From NCBI GenBank assembly GCA_034437075.1, contig DAOTVD010000266.1:11097-75096 (forward strand): a stretch of 64,000 bases of DNA, written 5' to 3'. Under the pieces are notes generated by a model that saw only the letters and a program-made list of their open reading frames with translations, searched no databases and was not told the DNA's origin. Numbering within the stretch: position 1 is the stretch's first letter; every line of letters starts with the position of its first letter. This document shows, piece by piece, positions 38,240 to 48,472 of the stretch. The DNA comes from Anaerolineae bacterium (GTDB lineage: Bacteria > Chloroflexota > Anaerolineae > Aggregatilineales > J027). Position numbers and translations under genes: made by a program.

Positions 38240-39014
38240 CGGGGGGTGCCTGCCGCGTTAGAAACGCCGTCAATCCGTCAATCACGCGCGGGTGATCTTC
38301 ATCTGCCATGACGTTATGCGCACCCTGGGTTAAGATGATTTTTTCGACCGTGGCACTATTCACCTCTGCCTGGATGATGTCGGCATGGTGGAGCTTTGCC
38401 GTGCGGTCTTGCTGGGCGTATACCAACAAAAGTGGCGTGTTGATCTGCGGCAAACGGGCCCGCGCAGCTTGGGCCAGCCGATTGACCTCCACAATGCCTG
38501 CCAGCGCGGTGCGGTTGTAGGTCACGCGCCCGCGTGGTGGTTCGCCGCGCGCGCTTTGAGCTACTTTTAGGCGCGCCTCGAAGCCAGTTGGGTCACCGAA
38601 ATTTAGAAAGCGCACCACGGGCCGCAGCAAATGCACCCGCCAGATGGCCGATAGGGTAATCGGGCAGGCCATCACGACCAGCGCCGGGGTCTGAACTTCT
38701 GTGGCCAGCATGATAGCGACCATCCCGCCCATCGAATGGCCGATAATAACGATTTCATCGCAATGCGCCTTTAGCACATGGTAGCCGTCTAGCGCATCTG
38801 CCACCCACTCGGGCCAACGCACATGGCGCAGGTGGGTGAAGTGCATGCCATGCCCGGCCAAACGCGGCGCAAATACGGTATAGCCTTGTTTATTCAACGC
38901 CTGGCCCACCCAACGATGCATATAAGGCGACCCCGTAAACCCGTGTATCAGCAAACAGCCGACCCGTCCACCAGGATAGAAAAAAGGTTCGGCGCCGTCC
39001 TTATACGCGAACAT
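38229..39014 (-). CDS. Alpha/beta hydrolase (carboxylesterase/lysophospholipase-like)
   Basis: LIHGFTGSP and GHSMGG. The internal ATG 39014 is preferred. Its 3' end overlaps the convergent gene by 11 nt. Confidence 0.8.
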   Translation of the reverse strand: MFAYKDGAEPFFYPGGRVGCLLIHGFTGSPYMHRWVGQALNKQGYTVFAPRLAGHGMHFTHLRHVRWPEWVADALDGYHVLKAHCDEIVIIGHSMGGMVAIMLATEVQTPALVVMACPITLSAIWRVHLLRPVVRFLNFGDPTGFEARLKVAQSARGEPPRGRVTYNRTALAGIVEVNRLAQAARARLPQINTPLLLVYAQQDRTAKLHHADIIQAEVNSATVEKIILTQGAHNVMADEDHPRVIDGLTAFLTRQAPPAIG

Positions 39015-39086
39015 GAATAGCCTTTCTGCGTTTTGTGTGCTGCACATAACAAATCAAGCGGCCTTCATGAGCCGCTCGATGGTGTG

Positions 39087-39158
39087 TATCCCCACCAGGA
39101 CTCGAACCTGGGCCTTTGGCTCCGGAGGCCAACGCTCTATCCTCTGAGCTATGGGGAC
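39087..39158 (-). tRNA. tRNA-Arg (CCG)
   Basis: Manual cloverleaf: GTCCCCA TA GCTC AGAGGATA GAGC G TTGGC CT-CCG-GA GCCAA AGGC CCAGG TTCGAGT CCTGG TGGGGAT A. No encoded CCA. Confidence 0.85.
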
Positions 39159-39256
39159 ATCTACGCTATAGTGTATCATGTGCGCGGATGCGGTCAAGGT
39201 CAGGTTAGCCCAGTGGATACCTGATGCTCGCTCTCGCCTACGGATGATGCCTAGGG

Positions 39257-41881
39257 CTAGTCTTCTTCAAACCAGGCACCCCGTCGCCGGCCCCGTCGCC
39301 CGGCCAGGGTGGGGTCAAAGCGGCGCATGAGCGCCAGGTCAATCTGCCGGGTGAGTTCTTCGCGCTGTTCGACCACCGCTTGCGGTTCTTCGGCCAAATG
39401 CTGGAAGGGCTCGCGGTAGCTCAACCATAAATAAATGTCCATGCAAGCGATAGACGCTTCGGCTTGTTTGAGGGTCGCGCCTTCGCGGATGTCATTCGGT
39501 GGCGGGGGCGGTGCAGGCATCATTTCATCGCGCAAGATGGCGGTAGCGCATTCGACCCAATATTCCCAGCTTTCTTTGCGGGTGGGGGCGTTGACCAGCG
39601 TCAGCGCGCGGTCAATACCCAAATACATCAGGTCTTCGTAGCTCAGCAAGCGCGCGAGTTCGATCTTCTCATCCATTTCGGTCGAACTGACGATATCGCG
39701 CAGTTCATCGGGGATGGCGTTGAGTTGTTGCCAGGTAATCAAGCGTTGGGCTAGGTCGCCTTCTAGCAATTCGAGTTCGTCCGTACGCGGCGCCAAGCGC
39801 GCATACTCCACGGACGGGACTTGCTGGTGCATCAGGTGGCGGATATGACGCAGCATTTCGTCATCAACCCCCGTAACCCAGCCCTTGTCCGACAGACCAA
39901 AGCGGCCCGCCCGTCCCGCGATTTGCTGGCATTCATTGGCGTCAATACGGCGCAATTCGCGCCCATCAAATTTGGTTAACGTGGAGAACACGACATTGTC
40001 GGCAGGCAAATTCAGCCCCATACCGACCGCGTCCGTGGCTACGCAGATGTCGGTTTCGCCATAGGCGAAGCGTTGCGCTTGGCGCAGGCGGACTTCCGGC
40101 GGCAACGCACCGTATACAACCGATACACTGCGCCCGCGTTGTTGCAAAACGTATTTCAGGCGCAGGACATCGCGCCGCGAAAAAGCAATCAGAATCGTCC
40201 GATTGGGCAGGTCTTCAATCGGCCAAGCTTCGGGCGCGACCTCTAACGGCACCAAGCGCTCATGGTACAAAATCTGGATTTCGATGCCCCGATTCTGAAA
40301 AATTTTGCTCAGCAGATTAAGCCCATGCGGGGCGGTAATCACGCGCATCTGCGGCGCTTGAGAATTGACCAGCGCGCGCGTCCAGGCCCAACCGCGTTGT
40401 TCATCGGCCACCATATGCGCTTCGTCTAGCACGACGCAGTTACCACTTTCGCCCGCGTTGAACATCTCCACCGTAGCCGCCGTAAACGTGGCACCAGGCA
40501 CATTAATGCGTTCTTCGCCCGTCAGCAGATTACAGTAAACGCCCATTTTATTCAGGCGCTCGAACATCTCGCGCGCGAGCAAGCGCAACGGCGCCAGATA
40601 CCACCCCGAGCCCGCCGCGGCCAATTCTTGCAGCGCATCGTGCGTTTTGCCAGAGTTCGTCGGGCCAACATGAATATAAGCGATTTGTTCGACTTCTTCT
40701 TCAGCGAGCCATTTCGGAAAGTTCTCGATCATCTGCGCGCGCAAGGCTTCGCGTTGGGCTTCGCGCTGCTGGCGCCGCCGTTCGCGTGCTTCGCGTTGTT
40801 GCTGCTTTTGGGCGTCAATTTCGCGATGGATCTCGATGATTTTATCGCTCCACCAGGCTTCTTTGCCCGCGCCGCCCGTCTCTTCGATGATGTCAATGTC
40901 GCTCATGGTGGGGTGGTCGCCTGCGGGCCAAAGCACCTTGCGCACAGCGCCCCAACGATAGTAGGCGCTGTTTTTACCCCGGTGGCTGCTCTTGCGGCGC
41001 GACCGCGACGACGGGCGCACACCGTCATTATGTAGCAAGGTGCGCAAATAGCTGATCTTGAGCCCGGTGAGGTTGCGAATTTGCCAGATGTTGATTTCGA
41101 GCTTGTCTTCCAGGGTTTGGCGCAGGTCTGGGTCATGTTGCAAGTGATGAACATCCGCCGCGCGCATCCGCTTGGCGCCATCCGGGCAGACACGGCGCGC
41201 TAAAATGCCATCCCGTAGGGCGATCCGAAAAACCCGTTCGGATATATCTAGCACGGACTCCGCCTGGCTGCGGCTATATAGCCGAGACAGCGCCACCGAG
41301 CGCGCGGTTTCGCCGGGTTGGGCGCCGACGCGCTGTTCGTCTCCGGCCCATTCGGCAATCTCTAGCCATTCGGCATCATGGCGTTCGGCAGCCACCGTCA
41401 ACGCATGATCATACACCCTGTCGTATTCTTGGCTGCTCAGGTAAAACCATTCGTTATACGGCTCGAACAATTTTAGTTCCAGGGTATGCACGCCGGCTTC
41501 TTCCAGAATGTCGTCGCGCAACAATTGCACGCTGAAATAATCGCCCACTGCCGCTTCTAAATCTTGGCGCACCATGGCCGGGGCGTTTGCATCGGCCAGC
41601 GTTTGCCGGATAATCTGCGTGAAGTCGGGCAATTGGGCGACTCCGCGCCCGTTTTGATGCGCCAGTTGAATCGCATATTCCTTATCCACCCGTTGGGGGT
41701 CGTACACCAATTCATTATAGGTGGCGATATCCTCACGACGCCGCGCCTGGCGAATGGTATCGTTTATATCTTGCCAATGCCGTTGTAAATCACGCCGGTC
41801 GATGATGCCTTCCGGCGAATCCTTTATCAATTGCGCGAGTTCATCAGGTAGTAGGGTGGGCTTTTGTTTTTTCCTCGCCAT
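39257..41881 (-). CDS. Suv3-like superfamily-2 helicase with a long N-terminal extension
   Basis: Walker A GPTNSGKTH, DEAH box VLDEAHM, motif VI QIAGRAGR, and a Suv3-type C-terminal region. It is preceded by about 400 aa with excisionase/MerR-like HTH-looking segments. ATG 41881 (MARKKQK) is preferred. Confidence 0.8.
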   Translation of the reverse strand: MARKKQKPTLLPDELAQLIKDSPEGIIDRRDLQRHWQDINDTIRQARRREDIATYNELVYDPQRVDKEYAIQLAHQNGRGVAQLPDFTQIIRQTLADANAPAMVRQDLEAAVGDYFSVQLLRDDILEEAGVHTLELKLFEPYNEWFYLSSQEYDRVYDHALTVAAERHDAEWLEIAEWAGDEQRVGAQPGETARSVALSRLYSRSQAESVLDISERVFRIALRDGILARRVCPDGAKRMRAADVHHLQHDPDLRQTLEDKLEINIWQIRNLTGLKISYLRTLLHNDGVRPSSRSRRKSSHRGKNSAYYRWGAVRKVLWPAGDHPTMSDIDIIEETGGAGKEAWWSDKIIEIHREIDAQKQQQREARERRRQQREAQREALRAQMIENFPKWLAEEEVEQIAYIHVGPTNSGKTHDALQELAAAGSGWYLAPLRLLAREMFERLNKMGVYCNLLTGEERINVPGATFTAATVEMFNAGESGNCVVLDEAHMVADEQRGWAWTRALVNSQAPQMRVITAPHGLNLLSKIFQNRGIEIQILYHERLVPLEVAPEAWPIEDLPNRTILIAFSRRDVLRLKYVLQQRGRSVSVVYGALPPEVRLRQAQRFAYGETDICVATDAVGMGLNLPADNVVFSTLTKFDGRELRRIDANECQQIAGRAGRFGLSDKGWVTGVDDEMLRHIRHLMHQQVPSVEYARLAPRTDELELLEGDLAQRLITWQQLNAIPDELRDIVSSTEMDEKIELARLLSYEDLMYLGIDRALTLVNAPTRKESWEYWVECATAILRDEMMPAPPPPPNDIREGATLKQAEASIACMDIYLWLSYREPFQHLAEEPQAVVEQREELTRQIDLALMRRFDPTLAGRRGRRRGAWFEED

Positions 41882-42031
41882 GCGTCCTCTTGTTTGTTCG
41901 ATGTCGCATTTGCTGCGCACACAAATTGTATCTATTGTAACTTAACACAAGTTTAAGCGCGTGGGCAGACCGCGTGTTTTGGGCTATGCTCCCCCGTATA
42001 AACCCTATTGTTGAGGCAAAGGACCCCGTAT

Positions 42032-43180
42032 ATGCAAGATTTACTGACGTATTTTCGGGCGCGGCAGGACGATCTCATCGCCGCAACCGAGCGCCTGGTG
42101 ACCTATGAATCCTTCACGGCGGATAAACCCCGTGTCGATGCCCTCATCGCCGTGCTAGAGGCGGATTTACAAGCCTTGGGCGCGCACCTCACGCACCATC
42201 CGCGCGAGGAGGTCGGCGATATTTTGCTAGCCGAATGGCAGCGTGAAGCGCCCGGCGCGCCTATCCTGATGCTAGCCCATGTGGATACGGTCTGGCCACC
42301 AGGCACACTGGCGGACGCGGTGCCGCTGCAACGCGACGACCATAAGCTCCATGGGCCAGGCACAGTGGATATGAAGGCCGGTATCGTCATTGCTATCGAA
42401 GCCGTGCACGCCCTGCAAGTCCGCGACGAAATGCCCGCGCGGCCTATTCGCCTCTTGCTGACCACAGATGAAGAAACAGGCAGTTTGCATAGCCGCGATC
42501 TCATCGTGCAGACCGCGCAAGATTGCTGCCTGAGCTTAGTGTTAGAAGGCAGCGCAGAAGGCGAAAGCCTGAAGACCTCGCGCAAGGGCAATGCCAAATA
42601 TTGGGTGACAGCCCAGGGCAAAGCTGCCCATGCGGGCCTGGAGCCGGAAGCCGGGGTGAATGCTATCATCGAACTCGCGCACCAGGCCATCGCCGTGAAT
42701 GCGTTAAATGACCTGCGCGCGGGCACCTCCGTCACCGTATCTATTTTTGAGGGCGGCGGCGTGGCCAATGTCGTCCCGGCGCGTGCAGAACTCTTTGCAG
42801 ATGTGCGCTATTTTTCTCAGGACGAAGCCGAACGGATTGATGCGGCGGTACGCGCCCTAGAACCTGCGACATTTGGCGCGACACTAGCTGTCCGGGGCGG
42901 CATCGAGCGCCCGCCCATGGAACGCACCGCGCAGACTGTGCGCGCCATGGCGCAAGCTCAACGGCTTGCGGAGGGGCTTGGCTTGCCCTTGGGCGAAGCG
43001 GCGGTGGGCGGCGTCAGCGATGGCAATTACACCGCCCAAGCGGGCATCCCGACCCTGGATGGACTCGGCGCGAGCGGCGCCGGCGCACATGCCCTGCACG
43101 AGCACATCTTAACTCGCAGTCTGCCGCGCCGGGCGGCGCTGGTGGCGTCCATTCTGCGCGACTGGGATGAATCGGCTTAG
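42032..43180 (+). CDS. M20-family metallopeptidase (carboxypeptidase G2-like)
   Basis: LAHVDTVWP, TTDEETGS, and a dimerisation-domain pattern. ATG at 42032. The TAG stop is formed at the MITE junction. Confidence 0.85.
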   Translation: MQDLLTYFRARQDDLIAATERLVTYESFTADKPRVDALIAVLEADLQALGAHLTHHPREEVGDILLAEWQREAPGAPILMLAHVDTVWPPGTLADAVPLQRDDHKLHGPGTVDMKAGIVIAIEAVHALQVRDEMPARPIRLLLTTDEETGSLHSRDLIVQTAQDCCLSLVLEGSAEGESLKTSRKGNAKYWVTAQGKAAHAGLEPEAGVNAIIELAHQAIAVNALNDLRAGTSVTVSIFEGGGVANVVPARAELFADVRYFSQDEAERIDAAVRALEPATFGATLAVRGGIERPPMERTAQTVRAMAQAQRLAEGLGLPLGEAAVGGVSDGNYTAQAGIPTLDGLGASGAGAHALHEHILTRSLPRRAALVASILRDWDESA

Positions 43181-43358
43181 GCTTTTCCAGAAAAATAATT
43201 ACCCCTCCCCATCCCCCTCCCCGAATTCAGGGAGGGGCTATTATGCGCACGAGTAAGTTCTCCCCCTGAATTCGGGGGGAGCTAGAGGGGGGTAAAATCA
43301 AGACGGTATCCTTTTCGACAAAAGCAAGCGGCATAGTTAAATACTTGGAAAAGCCTTA
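43177..43358 (+). mobile_element. MITE-like element copy D, inserted between convergent genes
   Basis: TTA|GGCTTTTCCAG ... CTTGGAAAAGCC|TTA. Both flanking TTA triplets are used in the stop codons of the neighbouring genes. Confidence 0.88.
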
Positions 43359-44888
43359 ATCTGCCGTTTCCGCCTCGGTGCGCAGACGCTCCCGCGCGGC
43401 GAAGACTTCTGCGCGAGTGGTGATGCCGCGCATGAGCGTGATAAAGGCGTGCAAGCTGGGCGCCCGCGCGCGGATTTCGTAAATCGCCGCGCCGAGTGGG
43501 TCGCCGCCACCGCCTTCGGTTACAATCACCGTGCTGCCATCCGGCGCGGTTTCGACGGTGGGGTTGGCCTGGTAGCCCACATTAAACGCAAACCAGGCTT
43601 GGTTCAGTTTGCGCAGCCCGCTATGGCGCGCCCCAATGGCCATTGCCTGTTCAGCCGCCTCTACACGACCCAGGCCCAGCAGATAGTCTGCCATCAAACG
43701 GGTGTGGCCGATCCAGTCTTCGCGCGTGCGCGGCATTGGCGCGCCATCAGGATACGATAGGGGCGCGAGATTCCGCCGGGCCGCGTTCGTCTGCTGGGCG
43801 TCTAACACCGTCTGCGCGGCGGCGGCGTAGCCGGAGTGCAGCAGAAAATCAGCTAGGGCGCGCGTCTGCACACGTTGCGCTTCATAGGCGCGCGTCAGGG
43901 GGGATGTATAGGCCCCGTCCACCGCTGCAACTGTGCGCTGGCGCCCCTCGGCGGCGGCCAACAACGCGCGATAATCCGGGATGGGCTGCAAATAGACCTC
44001 GCCACGGGCGAGTGCCTGGGGGTAAAAGCGCTCGATCACCCGATTGCCGATTTCGTTGCCAAACAGCGTGGCGGTCGTCTCGTTGATGATGCGCGTGTCG
44101 GGATGGGTGAAATAATTGATCCCTAGCGGATAAAACACCAGATAATGATGCAGCCATTCGTGCGCGGTGACCTCAAAAGCGACCACCGCGCGGTCGGTTT
44201 CGCGGATCATGGCGGGCCAGACGCCCACGCCGCCGATGCGCGTGATATACACGGCGCGTTCAGGCACAGCCCGCGCGATGGTTTCTTCCAGCGCGACCCG
44301 TTCTTCAAAGGTCATCGCTTGCAGAGTCAGCGTAAAATTTTGGCGAATTTCATCACGCGGCGAGACGATCAGCACATCCGGCACTTGCAGAAAATGCATA
44401 CTCACGGGCGGTAAGACCTGCCCCAGCAGCGCGAAACCTTCCTCAGCCAACACGGCGCTCACCTGTGTTTCGATAATTTCTTCGGCCAGCAAACGACTCT
44501 CGGCCAGGTCGGCTTCTAGGGCGCGGATGTTAGCATTTAGCTCATCGTCGGGCGCGGCGCCGGATTGCAATATCTGGTCGCGCTGGCCTTGGAGCGTCCA
44601 TAACTGATTTTGGGTCGCGAAATAATCCAGCAGGTAGGCGCGTTGTGCGCCTTCGGGGATGTATGCGCCATAGCCGAATAGGGTCTGTTGAGCCTTGGCC
44701 CACAGCGCTTCGATTTCCCATTCGATGTAGTCAAAGCTCTGGTGGCGCGTTAGGGCATAGATGCGGCCTCGGGGGCTATCTTCGGGCAAGCCTTCGCCAC
44801 TGAATAGCCAAGCGATGAGGAAAAACAGCGCCAGCAAGCGGAGGGCGGTCCATAAGTGGCGCAAAAGTCGTTTGATGCGATGTAGCAT
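43356..44888 (-). CDS. Hypothetical membrane-anchored protein with an HExxH motif (putative metalloprotease)
   Basis: 510 aa with an N-terminal TM segment (LRLLALFFLIAWLF) and TAHEWLHHY (HExxH). Confidence 0.6.
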   Translation of the reverse strand: MLHRIKRLLRHLWTALRLLALFFLIAWLFSGEGLPEDSPRGRIYALTRHQSFDYIEWEIEALWAKAQQTLFGYGAYIPEGAQRAYLLDYFATQNQLWTLQGQRDQILQSGAAPDDELNANIRALEADLAESRLLAEEIIETQVSAVLAEEGFALLGQVLPPVSMHFLQVPDVLIVSPRDEIRQNFTLTLQAMTFEERVALEETIARAVPERAVYITRIGGVGVWPAMIRETDRAVVAFEVTAHEWLHHYLVFYPLGINYFTHPDTRIINETTATLFGNEIGNRVIERFYPQALARGEVYLQPIPDYRALLAAAEGRQRTVAAVDGAYTSPLTRAYEAQRVQTRALADFLLHSGYAAAAQTVLDAQQTNAARRNLAPLSYPDGAPMPRTREDWIGHTRLMADYLLGLGRVEAAEQAMAIGARHSGLRKLNQAWFAFNVGYQANPTVETAPDGSTVIVTEGGGGDPLGAAIYEIRARAPSLHAFITLMRGITTRAEVFAARERLRTEAETAD

Positions 44889-44898
44889 ATGATGAGTT

Positions 44899-44936
44899 TA
44901 GCAAAAGCCGGGCGCATCTTTCGATAGGCCCGGCCC
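44899..44936 (-). terminator. Intrinsic terminator after the ABC-2 permease genes
   Basis: On the minus strand: GCCGGGC-loop-GCCCGGC followed by TTTTGC. Confidence 0.55.
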
Positions 44937-44963
44937 ATTGGCTATACCGTCGCTATACGACGT

Positions 44964-46217
44964 TTATTCGTAGCGGAAATTCAGCACGGCCAGCCCGCCG
45001 AACACCACGCCCATCAGCAACATGACGCCCAACGAAGGCAATATATCCATTAGCGTGCCTTGCTGAAATTGCAGTTCGGTGAACGCATCCATGGCCCAGG
45101 CAATCGGGGCCAGACGGCCTATCGCCTGGATGAAATCTGGATTCAGTTCACTGGGCCACCACGCGCCCCCCAACGGTGCCGCCGTCAGGGCCAACATCAG
45201 CGCGATCCCGGCGGCCTGGTCGGCAGTACGCACCAGGGTACTCAGCAACAGCCCAAGTCCTACGCCTGCTGAACAAAACGCCAACACGATCCCAACCACG
45301 CCTAGCGGGTCATCCCCAAAGTTGACGCCCAAGAAGAAATAGCCTAGCAAAATGAACAAACCAAACTGAAGCACCGCGAAGACATATTCGCCCAATACTT
45401 TGCCCATCAAGATCACACCGCGCCGCACGGGCATCACGATCAGGCGTTGCAAGGTGCCGCGCTCGCGCTCGAAGACCAAAAACGAGGCCGTATTCATGAG
45501 CGTGATGAAAACAAACATGCTCGCGATGCCCGGCACACTCTGATTGGTGCCTGTCGCGACATTCGGCGCGGAAGAATCCACATTCACGATGGCGGGCGGC
45601 GCTTCAAGCGCGGCTTGGGCTTGGCTCAGCAACGCTGCAAACGCGCCAGCTTCATCCTCCGCGCCGAGTTGCTCGGCGGCGACCTCGGTGGCGGCGTTGG
45701 CAATGCGAACGCTGCTATTGATGCGGTCAACCGCCGTGATGACCGTATTCTGTGTCACGGTCGCGGCGTTGAAGTCTTGGTCGGCGCGATACACCAGCGA
45801 CACGGCGTCGCCATTGCGTAGTTGCTCAGTGAAGCCCGCCGGGATTTCGAGCGCGGCAATCGCATCTCGGTCTTCTAGGCGCGCGGTGCCGATGTCCTCG
45901 TAGCGAGCATCCTCAGCCAGGCTGCATGCCTCGGGGTTATCATCCGCGCCATACACGCAAATGATGACCGCTTCGGTATCTCCGGCGACATCGCGCAAGG
46001 CCGCGATGAGTTCGGCAGCCTGCGGTTCGGGTTCTCCGGCGTCGTCCACATCCATATTCGCCACATCCACGCGCAACGCGGGCACTTCCGCCGTGATGGC
46101 CAAGCCGAGGATAATCATCATGACGATGGGCATCAAGAATGACGTCACAAAGATCGCGCCGCTTTGCAATTTCAGCAAGATGGATAGGCGGGTCAGATTC
46201 ATGATTGTGTTTAGCAT
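44964..46217 (-). CDS. ABC-2-type transporter permease
   Basis: 417 aa. N-terminal TM, large extracytoplasmic loop, then five C-terminal TM segments (ABC-2 architecture). Confidence 0.8.
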   Translation of the reverse strand: MLNTIMNLTRLSILLKLQSGAIFVTSFLMPIVMMIILGLAITAEVPALRVDVANMDVDDAGEPEPQAAELIAALRDVAGDTEAVIICVYGADDNPEACSLAEDARYEDIGTARLEDRDAIAALEIPAGFTEQLRNGDAVSLVYRADQDFNAATVTQNTVITAVDRINSSVRIANAATEVAAEQLGAEDEAGAFAALLSQAQAALEAPPAIVNVDSSAPNVATGTNQSVPGIASMFVFITLMNTASFLVFERERGTLQRLIVMPVRRGVILMGKVLGEYVFAVLQFGLFILLGYFFLGVNFGDDPLGVVGIVLAFCSAGVGLGLLLSTLVRTADQAAGIALMLALTAAPLGGAWWPSELNPDFIQAIGRLAPIAWAMDAFTELQFQQGTLMDILPSLGVMLLMGVVFGGLAVLNFRYE

Positions 46218-46230
46218 CGTAGCGTTATCC

Positions 46231-47493
46231 TTAAAAGCTCAGGCGGCGGTTGAAGCGCCATAAGGCAAACGCGAAAAAGAGCGCGCCCATGCCCAACAAA
46301 GCCGCCAGATTGGGCAATATATCGATGACAGAGGCGTCATTATTGGCTAGGTCGAAATAGCCTTCGATGCCCCAGCGGTTGAGCGTCAAATAGCTGAGCT
46401 CGTTCACGATGGGCACAGCATCCACCTGCACAAACGACCCACCCAACAGCGCCAAGATAAATATTGCAGCGGTTGCGATGACTTCGGCCTGTTCGGCATC
46501 GCTGGATATGCTGGCTAGCATCAGGCCGAGCCCCGTGGCGGCGATGACGACGCTGGCGGTGATCAAGATAATGCCCACGATATTATCGCCCCAAACATCG
46601 GGGTCTCCGGTCAGGGCCGCCGACACGGCAATCGACGCCACAATGAGCAAGCTCATCTGCAAGAAGCCCGTAAAGAAATTGCCCGCCAAGCGCCCCGCCA
46701 GATAGGCCCAGCGCGGCGTGGGGGTCGTGATGATGCGTTGCAGCGTCCATTCGCGCTGTTCTTCCAAGATGTGGCGCGTTCCGGCAGCCATGGCAAACAC
46801 CATGAACAGAATCGCCATCGCGGGCGCGAAATAGCTCAGCAAATTGATCGCGTCGCTTTCGCCCTGCACTGTCACCTGCTCTAGGGTGACGAACTGATCC
46901 CCTTCTGGCGTACCCAGGCGGTTGGCCACCACCCCAAAGGCTTGCCCGGCGGCGGCAGGATCATCTGTTAGTTGGTTGTAATAAGCATCCGGCCCACCAA
47001 TGAGCAACCGCTGGGCCACAAAAACGCTATTCAGGCCCGTGGTGATGCCTTCGACCACCGAAAGCGTGATCGTCGCGCCGATTTCGCTGCCAGGGTTATA
47101 GAATAAATCGACCTCGGCTTGTTGATCCGCGCTTTGAATCTGCTGGGAAAAATCGGGCGGGATGATGAGCGCTGCGCGGGCCTCTTCCGCGCGGACGGCC
47201 TCCCGCGCGGCGTCTGCATCTTCAGACACTTCACCGGTGATGAGGTCTTCTAAATCAGGCGGCGTATTGTTGACCATAAAATCGACATATTGCGCGCCGA
47301 GTTCGCCCTCGTCCTGATTCACGATCAGCACTTCAGAGTCCGGCAGGCTGATGTCATCCGCGCCACCGCCGAACACCGCGCCCAAAATACCGCTGATGAG
47401 CAAGGGCGCGGCAAACATAAAGATAATCGCGGTGCGGTCAGTAAACGCTACATACACGCCGTTATAGGCGATGGTGAGCACTTTGCGTAACAT
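46231..47493 (-). CDS. ABC-2-type transporter permease
   Basis: 420 aa. Same architecture as its paralogous neighbour. Confidence 0.8.
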   Translation of the reverse strand: MLRKVLTIAYNGVYVAFTDRTAIIFMFAAPLLISGILGAVFGGGADDISLPDSEVLIVNQDEGELGAQYVDFMVNNTPPDLEDLITGEVSEDADAAREAVRAEEARAALIIPPDFSQQIQSADQQAEVDLFYNPGSEIGATITLSVVEGITTGLNSVFVAQRLLIGGPDAYYNQLTDDPAAAGQAFGVVANRLGTPEGDQFVTLEQVTVQGESDAINLLSYFAPAMAILFMVFAMAAGTRHILEEQREWTLQRIITTPTPRWAYLAGRLAGNFFTGFLQMSLLIVASIAVSAALTGDPDVWGDNIVGIILITASVVIAATGLGLMLASISSDAEQAEVIATAAIFILALLGGSFVQVDAVPIVNELSYLTLNRWGIEGYFDLANNDASVIDILPNLAALLGMGALFFAFALWRFNRRLSF

Positions 47494-47509
47494 ATTCGCT
47501 CCTTGGGGC

Positions 47510-48472
47510 TTAGTCGCGCAGCGCGCGCCCAGTCATGTGCAAAAAGACGGCTTCTAGGTTGGGCTCGCGCACTTCGACCGAATTCATCAAGTAGCCTGCG
47601 TTTTCAATGACGTTGATCACTTTGGGCATTAAACGTCGGCCATTTTCGGCGATGATATGGACTTCTTCTTCGCCTTGCAGGGTGGCGCTTTCTATGCCCT
47701 GTATGCTGGTCAGGCGCTGAATGAGTTCATCGGTGGCTTCGGGCACCTGGAAGATAAGCGTATCTTTTTGGCCGACCTGTTGGGTGAGTTCTTGCTGGGT
47801 GCCGATGGCGATAATCTGCCCGTGGTCAATAATACCGATGCGGTCGGAAAGCTCCTGCGCTTCTTCCATGTAATGGGTCGTGTACAGGACGGTCATATTC
47901 TGTTCTTCGTTAAGCATCTTGACCGTATCCAAAATACGGCGGCGGCTTTGCGGGTCGATCCCAACGGTGGGCTCATCCAGAAAGACCATTTTAGGGCGGT
48001 GCATCAGGCCAACGCCGATATTCACGCGGCGCTTCATGCCGCCGGAATATTCCTCGACCTTATCGCCCGCGCGGTCAGTCAGGCCGATAAAGTCCAGCAC
48101 TTCATCCGTGCGCTTTTTTAATTCGCTGCCGCGCAGGCCGTATAACCGCCCAAAAAATTCCAGATTCTGGCGTGCGCTGAGCGTCGGATACAGCGCGATT
48201 TCCTGGGGCACCACGCCAATCATCTTTTTGGCCTCTAGGGGTTGGGCGCGCACACTGTGCCCGCCAATGATAATATCGCCCTCGGTGGGGGTGAGTAGGG
48301 TGCTCATCATGCTGATGGTGGTGGTTTTGCCCGCGCCATTGGGGCCAAGCAAGCTAAAAATCTCGCCTTCGCGAATGTCAAACGTCACGCCGCCATCTTT
48401 GCCGACAGCATATGTGCCATCGGGCGGGTCGTATTGTTTTTTCAGGTCTTTGATTTGAACAAAACTGTTCAT
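47510..48472 (-). CDS. ABC transporter ATP-binding protein (DrrA/ABC-2 type)
   Basis: Walker A GPNGAGKTT, signature YSGGMKRRV, Walker B VFLDEPTVGID. Confidence 0.92.
   Translation of the reverse strand: MNSFVQIKDLKKQYDPPDGTYAVGKDGGVTFDIREGEIFSLLGPNGAGKTTTISMMSTLLTPTEGDIIIGGHSVRAQPLEAKKMIGVVPQEIALYPTLSARQNLEFFGRLYGLRGSELKKRTDEVLDFIGLTDRAGDKVEEYSGGMKRRVNIGVGLMHRPKMVFLDEPTVGIDPQSRRRILDTVKMLNEEQNMTVLYTTHYMEEAQELSDRIGIIDHGQIIAIGTQQELTQQVGQKDTLIFQVPEATDELIQRLTSIQGIESATLQGEEEVHIIAENGRRLMPKVINVIENAGYLMNSVEVREPNLEAVFLHMTGRALRD

Noticed and set aside
1424-43358. A possible CRISPR array, suggested by the recurring repeat.
   Set aside because: The repeats are about 181 bp, have inverted termini and lie kilobases apart. 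There is no short-repeat/spacer periodicity and no cas genes in the window.
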